Assembly: GCF_037902255.1 (NCBI RefSeq)
Contig: NZ_CP147990.1
Span: 3,180,001-3,212,000 of the forward strand
DNA length: 32,000 nucleotides
DNA from: Candidatus Electrothrix sp. GW3-4
GTDB lineage: Bacteria; Desulfobacterota; Desulfobulbia; Desulfobulbales; Desulfobulbaceae
Direction of reading: 5' to 3'
Position 1 is the stretch's first letter; the number at the start of each line of letters is the position of its first letter. Shown one piece after another: positions 1 through 10,259 of the stretch. Below the pieces are notes generated by a model that saw only the letters and a list, made by a program, of their open reading frames with translations, made no database searches and had not been told where the DNA came from. Position numbers and translations under genes: made by a program.

Positions 1-81
1 ATCCCGCTCAAGGGAAGAACACAAAGAGGAAGGACAAGACAAGAAACACCACAGAGTGGTGATACCGCCAACAGAACAACT

Positions 82-999
82 TCACAAGTCCGCCTCAGCA
101 AAAGGGAGCACCTCGGCGAGACAATTCCGTTCTAACAGGAGCATAAATAAACGATCCAACCCAAGGGCGATCCCCGCACAGTCAGGGAGTCTTTGCAGGG
201 CAGTAAGAAATTTTTCAGGCATCTTACAGCCCCTGCCGTACCTATCAGCCTTCCTCATCTCCTCTGCAAAACGATGCTGCTGTACAACAGGATCTGTTAA
301 CTCGGAAAAGCCATTAGCCACTTCAATCCCGCCAATATAGAGCTCAAAACGCTCCGCCACCTCAGGACACTCCGATTTTGGTCGGGCCAGCGAAGCCAGG
401 GCAATCGGGTAATCGTACAAAAAAACGGGTCGTTCCCAGCCAAGTTCAGGCTCAACCTTTTCCACCAGCAGCAGATCAAATTGTCCTGTACGAACAGCCT
501 GTTCAGCTGACACCCCGGCATAACGCTGAAAGGCATCGTTCACTGTCAGTCGCTGCCAGGGGACCTGCAGAGAAATGTCCTGACCAGATCGGCGGACAAC
601 GTCCTTGCCCGCAACCTGCCGGATCATCTGCTCACATTCTTGCATCAGCTCCAGATAACTCCACCCAGCATGATACCATTCCAGCATGGTAAACTCTTCC
701 TGATGTAGCTGTCCCTGCTCTCCTTTACGAAAACAGGGACAAATCTGAAAAATATGCTTGTTTCCTTGAGCCAACAGCCGCTTCATACAGAGCTCAGGTG
801 AGGTTTGCAGAAACCAGCCTTCCGAGCTAAGGGGAATAATTTCCGCCTCAGGAATCAGCACTGGAAGACGGACGGGTGTATCCACCTCTATGTATGCTCG
901 GTGACGAAAAAAATCGCGAACCCTCTGCAACAGAAGAAAACGCTGCCTAAGCCTTTCAGGTGATAACATAAAAAAATCTACTCCGTACCTCATTGCCAT
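82..999 (-). CDS. epmA: Elongation factor P--(R)-beta-lysine ligase (EpmA/PoxA/GenX), a class II lysyl-tRNA synthetase catalytic-core paralog
   Basis: 305-aa ORF. Class II aaRS-like core motifs are visible (FFRHRAYIEVDTP, ICPCFRKGE, GIALGLDRLFML) and there is no anticodon-binding domain. Length fits EpmA. The true start may be the internal Met (MLSPERL...). Confidence 0.85.
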   Translation of the reverse strand: MAMRYGVDFFMLSPERLRQRFLLLQRVRDFFRHRAYIEVDTPVRLPVLIPEAEIIPLSSEGWFLQTSPELCMKRLLAQGNKHIFQICPCFRKGEQGQLHQEEFTMLEWYHAGWSYLELMQECEQMIRQVAGKDVVRRSGQDISLQVPWQRLTVNDAFQRYAGVSAEQAVRTGQFDLLLVEKVEPELGWERPVFLYDYPIALASLARPKSECPEVAERFELYIGGIEVANGFSELTDPVVQQHRFAEEMRKADRYGRGCKMPEKFLTALQRLPDCAGIALGLDRLFMLLLERNCLAEVLPFAEADL

Positions 1000-1140
1000 C
1001 CTTCTGTAACTCGCTTGACCATACAGATCTCTGACACAAAATAAAACAAATACGAGGATATACGCTCACCAAAGTATTCAGAGAACGCCTTTTCACAGGG
1101 ACAACATTCTCTCGGAAAAAAAGTGAAAAAATTCTTCTGT

Positions 1141-1539
1141 TCAGACCCGAGCCCCGACATACTGACCCCAGACGTCGTCTTCTGAGGTGTCATGGTCACA
1201 GCTAGGCATCTCTTGGCGAATAAACTGCTTCCAGCTCACAGGGGCATTCGCAATATGAAACCCCACAGCCACGAGCCGACCATCTTTCTTTCTCCATTTC
1301 GAATGCACGGTTAATTTATAATGCATGACATCCTGAAAATCGGAAATAACAACGCTAAACCGCTCCCCATTTATAGCTATAAATTTCGCTGGTAACCCTT
1401 GCAGTCGAATCCCCTTCAGAGAAGCATCTTGCACCGTTGCCGTGTAGACAAATCCCTCACTGACAATATTTGCGCTATAACCATTCAATTGCATCCTTGG
1501 CTGTCTGCGCTTTTCCATATTTTTACCCATAATATCCAA
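1141..1539 (-). CDS. PilZ-domain protein (putative c-di-GMP receptor)
   Basis: 132-aa ORF. It contains both halves of the PilZ signature: RxxxR (RRQPR) near the N-terminus and D/NxSxxG (DASLKG) about 25 aa later. Confidence 0.7.
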   Translation of the reverse strand: MDIMGKNMEKRRQPRMQLNGYSANIVSEGFVYTATVQDASLKGIRLQGLPAKFIAINGERFSVVISDFQDVMHYKLTVHSKWRKKDGRLVAVGFHIANAPVSWKQFIRQEMPSCDHDTSEDDVWGQYVGARV

Positions 1540-2035
1540 CTCACTTCCTGAATTAAAACCTTACGCAAAATTTCCCAGCAACCCCATAGAACGACTGATA
1601 TTATATCGTTTATCATAGCGTGTCATTCAAGAATCACATACTTCTACGCGCCCCATATTCATAAAAAAAGATAGGCCGTTGACGACAAGAAAAGAGGTTC
1701 TCTATCCCCTCTCCCATGCTTCTTTATGCTCATCCGCCCCTCTTTTACTGTATCTTTTTCACAAAGTACAATTTTTTTTACTTAAAAACATTTTATACTC
1801 CTGTTAAAAAAACGCAATAACAAGAAAAAGGGGGAACATAGGGGGTAAATTTCACCCAGACCTTCAGGATATCAAATCCACAAGACCTCGCAGAAGCGAA
1901 ATACTTTCTTTTATCTTATAAGGTTAGACCAATCTGGAAAACTTGAGTGGAAGACAAAAAGACATGTCTCTCTGGGGACAAAGAAAAATATAATCGTCCC
2001 CTGAGCAGGAAAAAGATATGAAAAAAAGAACGCCC

Positions 2036-2848
2036 TCAGACCGAGAGGATGACAATCAGGCCAAGCACGCTGCAGTAAACGGCAAAGAGATACAGAGAGT
2101 GCTTGCTCAAATAGGCAATCAGCCAGCGGATGGCGATATAGCCTGATACCAAGGCAGCCATAAAACCTACCAGCAAGGGAAGAAAAAAATCATTCAGGGC
2201 TGGCAGGTCTGCCAGATCCTTGAGAGCAAGTACCCCTGCACCCAACATGACCGGCACTGACATCAGAAAGGAAAAACGAGCGGCTGCGGACCGATCCAGA
2301 TGCCGTGTCATCCCCCCTGCGATCGTCGCACCGGAACGAGAAACACCGGGGAGCAGCGCAAGGACCTGCGAAAAACCGATCACCAAACTGTCCAACCAGG
2401 TTATCTCCTCCATCGGACGGTTCCGCCGACCAGCGGTTTCCGCAATGACCAGCAGCATTGCAGTAAGTAAAAGAAAGTAGCCTGTCATCTTAGGACTGGC
2501 AAAGGCATGCTCAATCATATCCTTGCCCAGCAAGCCAACCACCACAGCAGGCAGAGTTGCGACAATCAGATACCAGCCCATCCGTGAATCTGTCTCGGCA
2601 AAGGGCTCGCGCCGAAGAATCCCTCGCACAAAGGCCTTGCTAATCGTTACCAAGTCATGCCAAAAATAAATAAAAACGGAAAACAGGGTGCCCCATTGCA
2701 CCAGGACATCAAAGATAAAGCCCTGCTCTTTGCCAAAATGCCAACCCAAAAAATGAGGCACCAGCACCAAATGACCAGAGCTGGACACCGGAATAAACTC
2801 CGTAAGTCCCTGAACAATACCCAGAATAATTGCCTGCAAAAAAGTCAT
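2036..2848 (-). CDS. uppP: Undecaprenyl-diphosphate phosphatase (UppP/BacA)
   Basis: 270-aa polytopic membrane ORF. It has the hallmark N-terminal motif GIVQGLTEFIPVSSSGHL and the second conserved block PGVSRSGATI. Confidence 0.95.
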   Translation of the reverse strand: MTFLQAIILGIVQGLTEFIPVSSSGHLVLVPHFLGWHFGKEQGFIFDVLVQWGTLFSVFIYFWHDLVTISKAFVRGILRREPFAETDSRMGWYLIVATLPAVVVGLLGKDMIEHAFASPKMTGYFLLLTAMLLVIAETAGRRNRPMEEITWLDSLVIGFSQVLALLPGVSRSGATIAGGMTRHLDRSAAARFSFLMSVPVMLGAGVLALKDLADLPALNDFFLPLLVGFMAALVSGYIAIRWLIAYLSKHSLYLFAVYCSVLGLIVILSV

Positions 2849-2928
2849 ATACCTCTCCCAGCAAACCGGCTGATCCTTCCGGCTTCCTTGTTTGATTTTC
2901 AGGGCCTGACCAGCCGAGCGAAAACATA

Positions 2929-4482
2929 TTAATGGACAGCCCGCACATCAGCAGGGCTTTTCGGCACCCAGGCCAACCCGCCTTTAAAGCCATAGCAACG
3001 AGCCAGATACAGGGTACGGATGGCCTCATCAGCAAACCAGGGGCCAGTACGATAGAGCGTCACTTTCACGACAGGGTCCACCCGTTCAAAGACCTCGGGC
3101 AGGACCGTAATAACCGGTTCATGTTCAAAGATCCCAACAGCATCCTGGCCAAGTAACATCTCGTCCTTAAACCAGAAGTCATAGACATTAGGCCTGGACC
3201 AACGATTAATGGAGACCGTACGTGGTTGCCCCTTCATATAAAAGGCCAATTCACTGGCAAATTGGTAACGAAGACCAAAGATAAAGGTTTCCTCAGGACG
3301 TTCCATGCCCTGTACTTCCTTATCCACAATCTCTCCCAGGGCATCCCAGCCCTTGGTTTCTCGGGCAATACGGTCCAAGGAAACCCGAAGCGGCAGAATT
3401 GGATAAAGGAGCTGTGCCACAATGAGGGTTGAAAGCACAAAGGCAAGGCCAAGCCCAAATCGCCATAAACGGTAGGATGCCGTTCTCTCCCCAACCTGTC
3501 CTGGACTGTAGAGCGCAGCGATCAGGACAAAGGCTGTCAGGTAGGCCGGGGCAGGCCAATTGCCGTAGATACGGACATGCAAGGCCAGCAGGGTAAAGAG
3601 CAGAAAGGTGGTCAACGACATCCAAAGAAGAAAAGATGCCCGGGCGCGTGGAAGACGGTTCCCGGCCCATCCTCTGGTCCAGCCAGCGAGAATAAACAAA
3701 AAAATGAAGGGAGAGAGCAAAGCCGCCTGGCTCCCCAAAAAATCAGGCAGGTAGGACAGGGTCAGCAAGACCGACTGGCGCCCTCCGCCTTGAAAGAGGA
3801 CATGCCGGAAGGTGACCCAGTTGTTTTGTGCATTCCAGAAGATAACCGGGGTAAAAAACAGGCAACCGATCACCAACCCGAGCCACGGCCGGTAGCTGAG
3901 CAAGCGCTTCCGATACACTCCGATAAAAAGCATCGCAAAAAAAAGCGAAGGCAGGAAAAGCAGCATGGTGTATTTAGAAAGGAGGCCCAGGCCAAACCAG
4001 CTACCGGTCAGGAGCCATTGCGAGAGGGAGTCTTCCTCAACTGCTCGGGCGGCATGATAGCAGGCAGCTGCCCAGCAGAGGAGCAGCATGCCGTCTGGCG
4101 TGGCGATCAATGCGGAGCCGATCATTAACAGGATGCCCTGAGTCAGCAGAGCAACCTGCGAGGCCGTTCGCCAGGAAAACCAACGTGCCGCCAGCAGACA
4201 GAGATAGACAGAGGCAAAGGCCAAGGCGAGAATCGTTGGCAGCCGGACCGCAAACTCGGTATGCCCGAACAGCGTGGTCGCCAACCAGATTCCCCAGGCA
4301 ATCATCGGAGGATGATCGTAATAGCCAAGGGCGAGATAACGACTCCACTGCCAATAATAGGCCTCGTCTGGAACAAGGAGAAACTGCCCACTGATAAACA
4401 GGCGAACAACCAGCCCCAGCCCAAGAACCAGCCAGGTCAATTGAATATACTTTATTTCTTTTGTTGATTGGGAAAGCATCAC
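2929..4482 (-). CDS. GT-C fold glycosyltransferase, family 39 / ArnT-like (undecaprenyl- or dolichyl-phosphate-sugar dependent)
   Basis: 517-aa ORF with many TM helices. The N-terminal loop motif LVPDEAYYWQWSRYLALGYYDHPPMIAW is typical of GT39/ArnT-type enzymes. A soluble C-terminal domain is present. It lies adjacent to uppP on the same strand. Confidence 0.8.
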   Translation of the reverse strand: MMLSQSTKEIKYIQLTWLVLGLGLVVRLFISGQFLLVPDEAYYWQWSRYLALGYYDHPPMIAWGIWLATTLFGHTEFAVRLPTILALAFASVYLCLLAARWFSWRTASQVALLTQGILLMIGSALIATPDGMLLLCWAAACYHAARAVEEDSLSQWLLTGSWFGLGLLSKYTMLLFLPSLFFAMLFIGVYRKRLLSYRPWLGLVIGCLFFTPVIFWNAQNNWVTFRHVLFQGGGRQSVLLTLSYLPDFLGSQAALLSPFIFLFILAGWTRGWAGNRLPRARASFLLWMSLTTFLLFTLLALHVRIYGNWPAPAYLTAFVLIAALYSPGQVGERTASYRLWRFGLGLAFVLSTLIVAQLLYPILPLRVSLDRIARETKGWDALGEIVDKEVQGMERPEETFIFGLRYQFASELAFYMKGQPRTVSINRWSRPNVYDFWFKDEMLLGQDAVGIFEHEPVITVLPEVFERVDPVVKVTLYRTGPWFADEAIRTLYLARCYGFKGGLAWVPKSPADVRAVH

Positions 4483-4621
4483 GCCGTTCTTTTAGAAGAC
4501 TTTCCCGTACAAAGGAGAGCCGTACAAAACTTGTTCTCTTAACCAATTTCGATTATGATCACTCATTGATCTTTTCGTTGATCCTTATTTAACCTCAATA
4601 TTTTTCTTCAGTAAACGGATT

Positions 4622-6472
4622 ATGCGCTTATCAAAAAAGTTTTCCCTCACCTTAGTCCTGTGTTCCGTCTTCCTGGCCTCTCTCTTTCCGAGCAGCCTCT
4701 ATGCGGCCCACGGACTGTCTCTTGATGGTTCTTTAAAGTACCCTGCCGGGTTTGATCATTTTGATTATGTTGCACCGGAAGCCAACAAAGGTGGGCTGCT
4801 GACCTTACACGCCCTGGGCAGCTTTGACAAGATGAATCCCTTTACCCTGAAAGGCACAGAGGCCTTTGGTCTGTTCGGCATTGAACAGAGCCTGATCTTT
4901 GAGACCTTGGCTGTGAGCAGCCTGGACGAGCCCTTTGCCGCCTATGGTCTGATTGCCAAGGATATTGAGCTGGCAGCGGATAAAAAATCCGTTCTCTTTA
5001 CCCTGAACAAAGAGGCCCGTTTTTCTGACGGCAGCCCGGTGACTGTAGAGGATGTCAAGTTCTCCCTGGATACGCTGAAATCTGACCTGGCCCACCCTTC
5101 GTATCAGATCTATTACCAGGATATTATCGGGGCTGAGATAGAGGATAAGGCTCAAGGGAAAATTCGTTTCCTCTTCAGGCGCCCTAATAGAGAACTCCAT
5201 ATAATTGCCTCTGCCCTGCCCGTGCTGAACAAAAAATTCTATACAGAGCATGGCTTCGGTGCCGATGGCAAAGGAAACCCGATGCTTCCCCCCATTGGCA
5301 GTGGTCCGTACATCATCAAAGAGGTGAATCAAGGGAAGTCCATTACCTATGAACGCAATCCCGAATACTGGGCCATAGATCATCCCACCCGTAAGGGGAT
5401 GTTCAACTACAACACCATTACGGTAAAATACTTCAAGGATCAAATTGTCAGCCTTGAGGCCCTTAAGGCTGGAGATTTTGATTTCATGTGGATCAATATT
5501 GCTAAACAATGGCAACGGGATCTGGTTGGCCGCCCCTTTGAGCAGGGAAAACTGGTCAAGAAGACCTTTCCCCATAAAAACAACCAAGGTATGCAGGGTT
5601 TTGTCTTCAATACCCGGAGGGAGCTCTTTAAAAATCCCAAAGTGCGCCAGGCCTTGGGACTGGCCTTTGACTTTGAGTGGACCAACAACGCCCTCTTTTT
5701 CAATCAATACACCAGGGCAAACTCTTATTTCAGCAACTCTGAGCTGGCAGCAACTGGCCTGCCGAGCGCAGCCGAGTTGGAGTTACTCAACCCTCTCAAA
5801 GAAAAATATCCAGGAGCTATCCCACCCGAGGTCTTTACAAGCCCACTTACTCCGCCGACAACCACCCCCCCGAACACCCTCCGTAACAACCTCCGTCAGG
5901 CCAAAAAACTCCTGGCCGATCAAGGTTGGCAGATCAAAGACGGGGTGTTAACCTCAGCGGACGGCAAACAGCGCTTTGCCTTTGAAATCCTTCTCGCCAG
6001 CCCCTCTTTCGAGCGGGTCATGGCACCCTATGTAAAAAATCTCCGCAAATTGGGCATTAAGGCAAGCTACCGCACCATTGATGCAGCCCTGTACACAGAC
6101 CGTCTGCAAAACTTTGATTTTGATATGACCGTTAATGTCTTTAGTCAATCACAATCACCGGGCAATGAACAGCGGGATAAATGGTCTTCTGCAGCTGCCA
6201 TCCGTAACGGCTCAGCAAATCTGGCTGGCATTCAATCTCCAGTGGTGGATAGTCTGGTTGACACCCTTATCTACGCTGAAACCCAGGAAGAGCTGACAGC
6301 AAGCTGCAGGGCCTTAGACCGCGTCCTCTGGTATGGTTATTATGTGGTGCCCAATTGGTACTTGGCCTATCACCGCCTGACCTTTTCATCCAGATTCAAC
6401 CAGCCCAAGCAGCTTCCGGTTTATTACAATCCCTATGACCTCCTCTATACCTGGTGGTTTGACAAAAAATAA
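4622..6472 (+). CDS. ABC transporter substrate-binding protein, family 5 (peptide/opine/nickel type, YejA-like)
   Basis: 616-aa ORF with an N-terminal signal peptide (MRLSKKFSLTLVLCSVFLASLFPSSLYA). Length and sequence blocks (RFSDGSPVTVEDVKFS, GSGPYIIKE, YERNPEYW) are typical of SBP family 5. No permease or ATPase genes are adjacent. Confidence 0.85.
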   Translation: MRLSKKFSLTLVLCSVFLASLFPSSLYAAHGLSLDGSLKYPAGFDHFDYVAPEANKGGLLTLHALGSFDKMNPFTLKGTEAFGLFGIEQSLIFETLAVSSLDEPFAAYGLIAKDIELAADKKSVLFTLNKEARFSDGSPVTVEDVKFSLDTLKSDLAHPSYQIYYQDIIGAEIEDKAQGKIRFLFRRPNRELHIIASALPVLNKKFYTEHGFGADGKGNPMLPPIGSGPYIIKEVNQGKSITYERNPEYWAIDHPTRKGMFNYNTITVKYFKDQIVSLEALKAGDFDFMWINIAKQWQRDLVGRPFEQGKLVKKTFPHKNNQGMQGFVFNTRRELFKNPKVRQALGLAFDFEWTNNALFFNQYTRANSYFSNSELAATGLPSAAELELLNPLKEKYPGAIPPEVFTSPLTPPTTTPPNTLRNNLRQAKKLLADQGWQIKDGVLTSADGKQRFAFEILLASPSFERVMAPYVKNLRKLGIKASYRTIDAALYTDRLQNFDFDMTVNVFSQSQSPGNEQRDKWSSAAAIRNGSANLAGIQSPVVDSLVDTLIYAETQEELTASCRALDRVLWYGYYVVPNWYLAYHRLTFSSRFNQPKQLPVYYNPYDLLYTWWFDKK

Positions 6473-6514
6473 CAAAAGAGAGCTCCGAGAAGCAAAGCAG
6501 CAGAGGATTTCGCT

Positions 6515-7678
6515 ATGAACGCGCACGAACAGCTCAAGATCCTCCTGGTCGAAGATGATCAGGAAAGTATGAATTTTTTTGTGAGCTGTTTCCAAGAGGA
6601 ATACAACATCCTCTGTGCCTCCTCGGGCGAGGAGGCACTTGAACGTTTTGAGCAAGAAGACGATATCTCCATGGTGCTCTCGGATCAGGCTATGCCTGGC
6701 ATGACCGGCGTGGACCTCCTGACCCATATCTACCAACAGAATGAGTCCGTTATCCGAATCATTATAACCGGTTTTCTGAATACGGCGGATATCATCGCCG
6801 CTATCAACAAAGGCCATATCTATCAGTTCATCGTCAAACCCTGGGAACTTGTCCAGATGAGAATGATCCTTTCCCAGGCCAGCTATACCTGGCGACTACG
6901 CCAGGAGAACGATCAGCTCCACGAGCAGGTTATAGGGAAGAATACCCTGCTTACCCGGGCCAATGAACGGCTGCACGCCTCAAAAGAGGCCCTGCGCAAC
7001 CTCTCCATCTCGCTCTTTACAGCACGAGAGGAAGAGCAGCGTCGAATTGCCATGGAGCTCCATGATGAGCTCGGGCAATCGCTGGCTGCCTTAAAGATGC
7101 AGACCCGAATCATGGAAAATGATTTTCTCACAGCTGGAAAAAAACAGCAGGAGAAGGTAAAAAGCTGGTCTGCTATTATCCGCGACAATATAAGCCAAAT
7201 CATTGAGGATGTGCGCCTGCTCTCAAAAAACCTGAGCCCGGTCATTATTGAAGATCTGGGGCTGGATGCCGCACTCCAGCATCTCATTGATAATTTTACA
7301 GAAACATACAACATCTCTTGTTCTTTTCATCCTGCTCCCCTGCAGAACATCACCTCCACTAACGGAAAACGGATCGTCTATCGCCTTGTTCAGGAAAGCC
7401 TGAATAATATCTGCAACCATGCCCAGGCAACCCATATCGATTTTTCCATTAAAGTGGAAAAGGAGCTCTTTTTCATCACCCTCAAGGATAACGGCCAGGG
7501 ATTCCATGTCCAAGAGGTCCTGACCCGTCCGCAAAATCGGCGCGGAATAGGCCTGACAGCCATGTCAGAACGGGTCAAAATGCTTGGTGGCAAGCTCGAC
7601 ATTCAGTCCCAAAAAAACCAAGGAACAACTATTTTCTTCACCATTCCCTTCGATTTTGACAAAGAAGAGAAGGCATAA
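6515..7678 (+). CDS. Receiver-first hybrid sensor: REC domain + coiled coil + HisKA_3 dimerisation/phosphoacceptor + HATPase_c
   Basis: 387-aa ORF. N-terminal CheY-like receiver (ILLVEDD..., VLSDQAMPGMTG, QFIVKPW). H-box of NarX/DegS type (ELHDELGQSLAALK). C-terminal ATPase G-boxes (DNGQGF, GIGLTAMSERVKMLGG). Confidence 0.85.
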   Translation: MNAHEQLKILLVEDDQESMNFFVSCFQEEYNILCASSGEEALERFEQEDDISMVLSDQAMPGMTGVDLLTHIYQQNESVIRIIITGFLNTADIIAAINKGHIYQFIVKPWELVQMRMILSQASYTWRLRQENDQLHEQVIGKNTLLTRANERLHASKEALRNLSISLFTAREEEQRRIAMELHDELGQSLAALKMQTRIMENDFLTAGKKQQEKVKSWSAIIRDNISQIIEDVRLLSKNLSPVIIEDLGLDAALQHLIDNFTETYNISCSFHPAPLQNITSTNGKRIVYRLVQESLNNICNHAQATHIDFSIKVEKELFFITLKDNGQGFHVQEVLTRPQNRRGIGLTAMSERVKMLGGKLDIQSQKNQGTTIFFTIPFDFDKEEKA

Positions 7679-7703
7679 GAAGAAAACACATAATATAATC
7701 CCA

Positions 7704-7725
7704 TCCCTCCCCCTCTGGGGAGGGA
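7704..7725 (+). terminator. Perfect 9-bp G/C-rich hairpin downstream of the kinase gene (possible terminator or RNA-stability element; no U-tract)
   Basis: TCCCTCCCC (7704-7712), loop CTCT, GGGGAGGGA (7717-7725), located 26 nt after the stop at 7678. No T-run follows, so an intrinsic-terminator call is weak. Confidence 0.35.
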
Positions 7726-7806
7726 CAACAAAGCATGCAAGGTGATCGGACGACTCCAAGGAGTAGTCGTCGGTACTTCCATATAAATGAATAAAATATA
7801 GAGGCA

Positions 7807-8304
7807 ATGACGGCTACAACACAATCATTTCAACATACCTTACAAGACATTACGGCAACAGCTGCCCTGGGCAAAGAGTTAGGACGAATCGCGCAACAGG
7901 GGGATGTTATCCTCCTCCACGGCGACCTGGGCGTGGGCAAGACCACCCTGACCCAGTTCATCGCCCAGGGCCTGGAGGTCCCAGCAGACCAGTATGTCTC
8001 CAGCCCCTCCTTTGCCCTGATGCATGAGTATCCTGGTCGCCTCCCCCTCTTCCATATGGACTGTTATCGCCTGACAGGAGAAGAGGATATTGAAGGGGCC
8101 GGGCTGGCCGATTATATTGGCGGCCCAGGCCTCACCATTATTGAATGGCCAGATCGGCTGGGCAGTCTCCGGCCCCAGGAACGCCTGGATCTCTTCCTGG
8201 AGGCCATTGATGAGACGACCAGGACCTGTGTCCTCCAACCGCATGGCGCAGCCTGGTGTTCCCGGATTGCAGCATTATCAAATTCATCCGCAGAACAACG
8301 GTAA
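7807..8304 (+). CDS. tsaE: tRNA threonylcarbamoyladenosine (t6A) biosynthesis ATPase TsaE (YjeE)
   Basis: 165-aa ORF with Walker A GDLGVGKTTL followed by the characteristic SPSFALMHEY and HMDCYRL blocks of TsaE. Confidence 0.85.
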   Translation: MTATTQSFQHTLQDITATAALGKELGRIAQQGDVILLHGDLGVGKTTLTQFIAQGLEVPADQYVSSPSFALMHEYPGRLPLFHMDCYRLTGEEDIEGAGLADYIGGPGLTIIEWPDRLGSLRPQERLDLFLEAIDETTRTCVLQPHGAAWCSRIAALSNSSAEQR

Positions 8305-8487
8305 AAACAGCCTGCATAGCCGCCCGGTTCCCTCTGCTTTCCCCTGGACTTTTTCGCCAACAAGATGCTACATTGTGTGCTCTTCACAAGAAGGTACGGG
8401 GAGCAACCAGTTCTCACGACGGCCTCCCGCCGCCTTTTTCTTCGCCTAAAAAAAAATAAACCGTAGACTCGTATCCCCTGAAAGAAA

Positions 8488-10248
8488 ATGCAAAAAAACA
8501 CCATCCGCCTACACAGCTGTCTCAAAGAATACACCTATGATCAGGATAAGGCCTGCACCCCAGAGCAAACCGTGGCACGCTTTCATGAACGATTAAAAGC
8601 AACAGGCCTGGACATCCTCAAAGAGGTCAAACGGATTGATACCGGCCGCCTGGACATCCCGGTCTTCTTCAGCGTCTGTGGTAAAGATGCCCTGGCAACC
8701 ATCGGCACCAAGAAACAGATGGGCAAGGGCTCTACGCCTGAGCAGTCTCGGGCCAGCGCCTGTATGGAACTGGCAGAACGCTTCAGTTTTTTCTCCTTTC
8801 TCAAGGATCCAGAAAACTTCATTATTGGCGATTATCCGACCATGGAGGAAGCTGGCTACCCGGTCCTGCCGCTTGCAGCCCTGCTCCAGTCTGTCCATGA
8901 CGAGGAGCGCAGCCCAGAGGAGCTGGCACAGTTACTGACCGGTCTGCCCCTGCGCTGGACCTGGGCCAGAAATATCAGCAAGGACGAGGATGTGCTGGTA
9001 CCCTTTTCCTGGTTTTATGCCATTAATGAGTTTAACGGCCCCTGTGCAGGCAATACCATTGAAGAGGCGGTCCTCCAAGGCATCTCCGAGGTGGTGGAAC
9101 GACATGTCTGCGCCGTGGTTGCCCGAAAAAAGCTCCGCACTCCGACCATTGATCTGAACACGGTGATTGATCCGGTGGCCCGGACCCTGGTCGAAAAGTT
9201 CAGGCATAATGGTATAACATTACAGGTTAATGATTTTTCATTAGATACCGGCATCCCCACCGTAGCGGCTTTGGCCTGGGATCCAGCCACCTTTCCAGAA
9301 AAGAGCGAGCTGGTCTACACCGCTGGCACTACCCCTGGAGCCGACAAGGCCCTGATCCGGGCACTGACCGAGGTGGCCCAGCTGGCTGGCGATTTCGAGT
9401 CTGGCTCCAATTACGTAGCCTCGGGGCTCCCCAAACCCCTCAGCCTGGAAGAAGTTGACTATCTCTTCACCCCAGAGCAAACCATCGGCATTGATGAGCT
9501 GCCCCAGGTCGATACAGATGATATGCTCCAGGAATTGCACAACTGCCTTGGAGCGCTGAAGAAGATCGACATGGAGGTCCTGATGGTCAATACCATGCAT
9601 CCAGGTCTCCAGATCCCGACGGCCTACACCATCATCCCTGGGGCCCATTTCCGGGAGCGCGCTGCCTCGGGTGACGCGCCCCTGTTTGCAGCCAAGCTGG
9701 CAGCAGATCTCCTGGGACCGGAGGAACTGGAAGTCAAGTTGGCAGAAATGCAGCAGCAACTTCCAGATGCCTATTATCTGGAATTCTATCGGGGACGCAA
9801 CTTCTACGATCAGGGCATGGTGGAGCCTGCCCTGAATCATTTTCAGCAGGCCCTGGCCATGCAGCCCAATACAGAGGATCAACCCTATATCTATTCCTAT
9901 CTCGGCAGCTGCCTCCGCGATCTGGGGCGATTTGAGGAGGCCGTACCTGTGCTGGAAGAAGGGCTGGCCTGTGATGAGGAACGCCCGGATATCCATAATA
10001 TCCTCGGGGTGTGCCATTTCAAGGCAGATCGTTTTGCAGAGGCTGTCCGCCATTTTCAACGGGCTGTAGAGCTTAACCCGGTCTCGGCTATTGATTACGC
10101 CAATCTGGCCCTGAACCAGCAGCGACTGGGTCGCAACCAGGAGGCGATCACCAATTATCAGATCGCCCTGGGACAAGATCCCGGCATCGCCTTTGCCGCA
10201 GAAAATCTGGCCCTGCTGCTGGCAGCAGATGAACATACCGACCAATAA
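8488..10248 (+). CDS. YcaO-domain protein (ATP-dependent amide-activating enzyme family) fused to C-terminal TPR repeats
   Basis: 586-aa ORF. YcaO signature blocks: RLDIPVFFSV, GKGSTPEQSRASACMELAERFSFF (ATP/Mg-binding E-x-x-E-R region), CAGNTIEEAVLQGISEVVERH, and YTIIPGAHFRER near the domain end. About the last 150 aa read as 3-4 TPR units (e.g. AEAVRHFQRAVELNPVSAIDYANLALNQQRLGRNQEAITNYQIAL). Confidence 0.85.
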   Translation: MQKNTIRLHSCLKEYTYDQDKACTPEQTVARFHERLKATGLDILKEVKRIDTGRLDIPVFFSVCGKDALATIGTKKQMGKGSTPEQSRASACMELAERFSFFSFLKDPENFIIGDYPTMEEAGYPVLPLAALLQSVHDEERSPEELAQLLTGLPLRWTWARNISKDEDVLVPFSWFYAINEFNGPCAGNTIEEAVLQGISEVVERHVCAVVARKKLRTPTIDLNTVIDPVARTLVEKFRHNGITLQVNDFSLDTGIPTVAALAWDPATFPEKSELVYTAGTTPGADKALIRALTEVAQLAGDFESGSNYVASGLPKPLSLEEVDYLFTPEQTIGIDELPQVDTDDMLQELHNCLGALKKIDMEVLMVNTMHPGLQIPTAYTIIPGAHFRERAASGDAPLFAAKLAADLLGPEELEVKLAEMQQQLPDAYYLEFYRGRNFYDQGMVEPALNHFQQALAMQPNTEDQPYIYSYLGSCLRDLGRFEEAVPVLEEGLACDEERPDIHNILGVCHFKADRFAEAVRHFQRAVELNPVSAIDYANLALNQQRLGRNQEAITNYQIALGQDPGIAFAAENLALLLAADEHTDQ

Positions 10249-10259
10249 GGAAAGAGGGC

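Noticed and set aside
1973-2002. GGGGAC...GTCCCC hairpin downstream of uppP as its terminator
   Set aside because: It has a 6-bp stem with a 16-nt loop and no adjacent U-tract on the transcribed strand. Not convincing.
9241-10245. 334-aa minus-strand ORF, plus similar long antisense ORFs at 4805..5707 (-), 11617..12162 (-), 18666..19418 (+), 28849..29703 (-) and 31082..31729 (+)
   Set aside because: Each lies fully inside, and antisense to, a gene with strong family motifs (YcaO, SBP, STAND, DeaD, membrane protein, IS66 transposase). Their translations are low-complexity with no motifs. These are typical shadow ORFs of mid/high-GC coding DNA.
8488-10248. Interpreting the 586-aa YcaO as the housekeeping E. 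coli-type YcaO (also 586 aa, with a TPR-like C-terminal domain)
   Set aside because: The equal length is suggestive. However, the N-terminal blocks (RLDIPVFF, GKGSTPEQSRASACMELAERFS) look closer to the azoline/thioamide-type YcaOs as I recall them. I cannot decide without an alignment. If it is the housekeeping type, the operon-linkage finding weakens.
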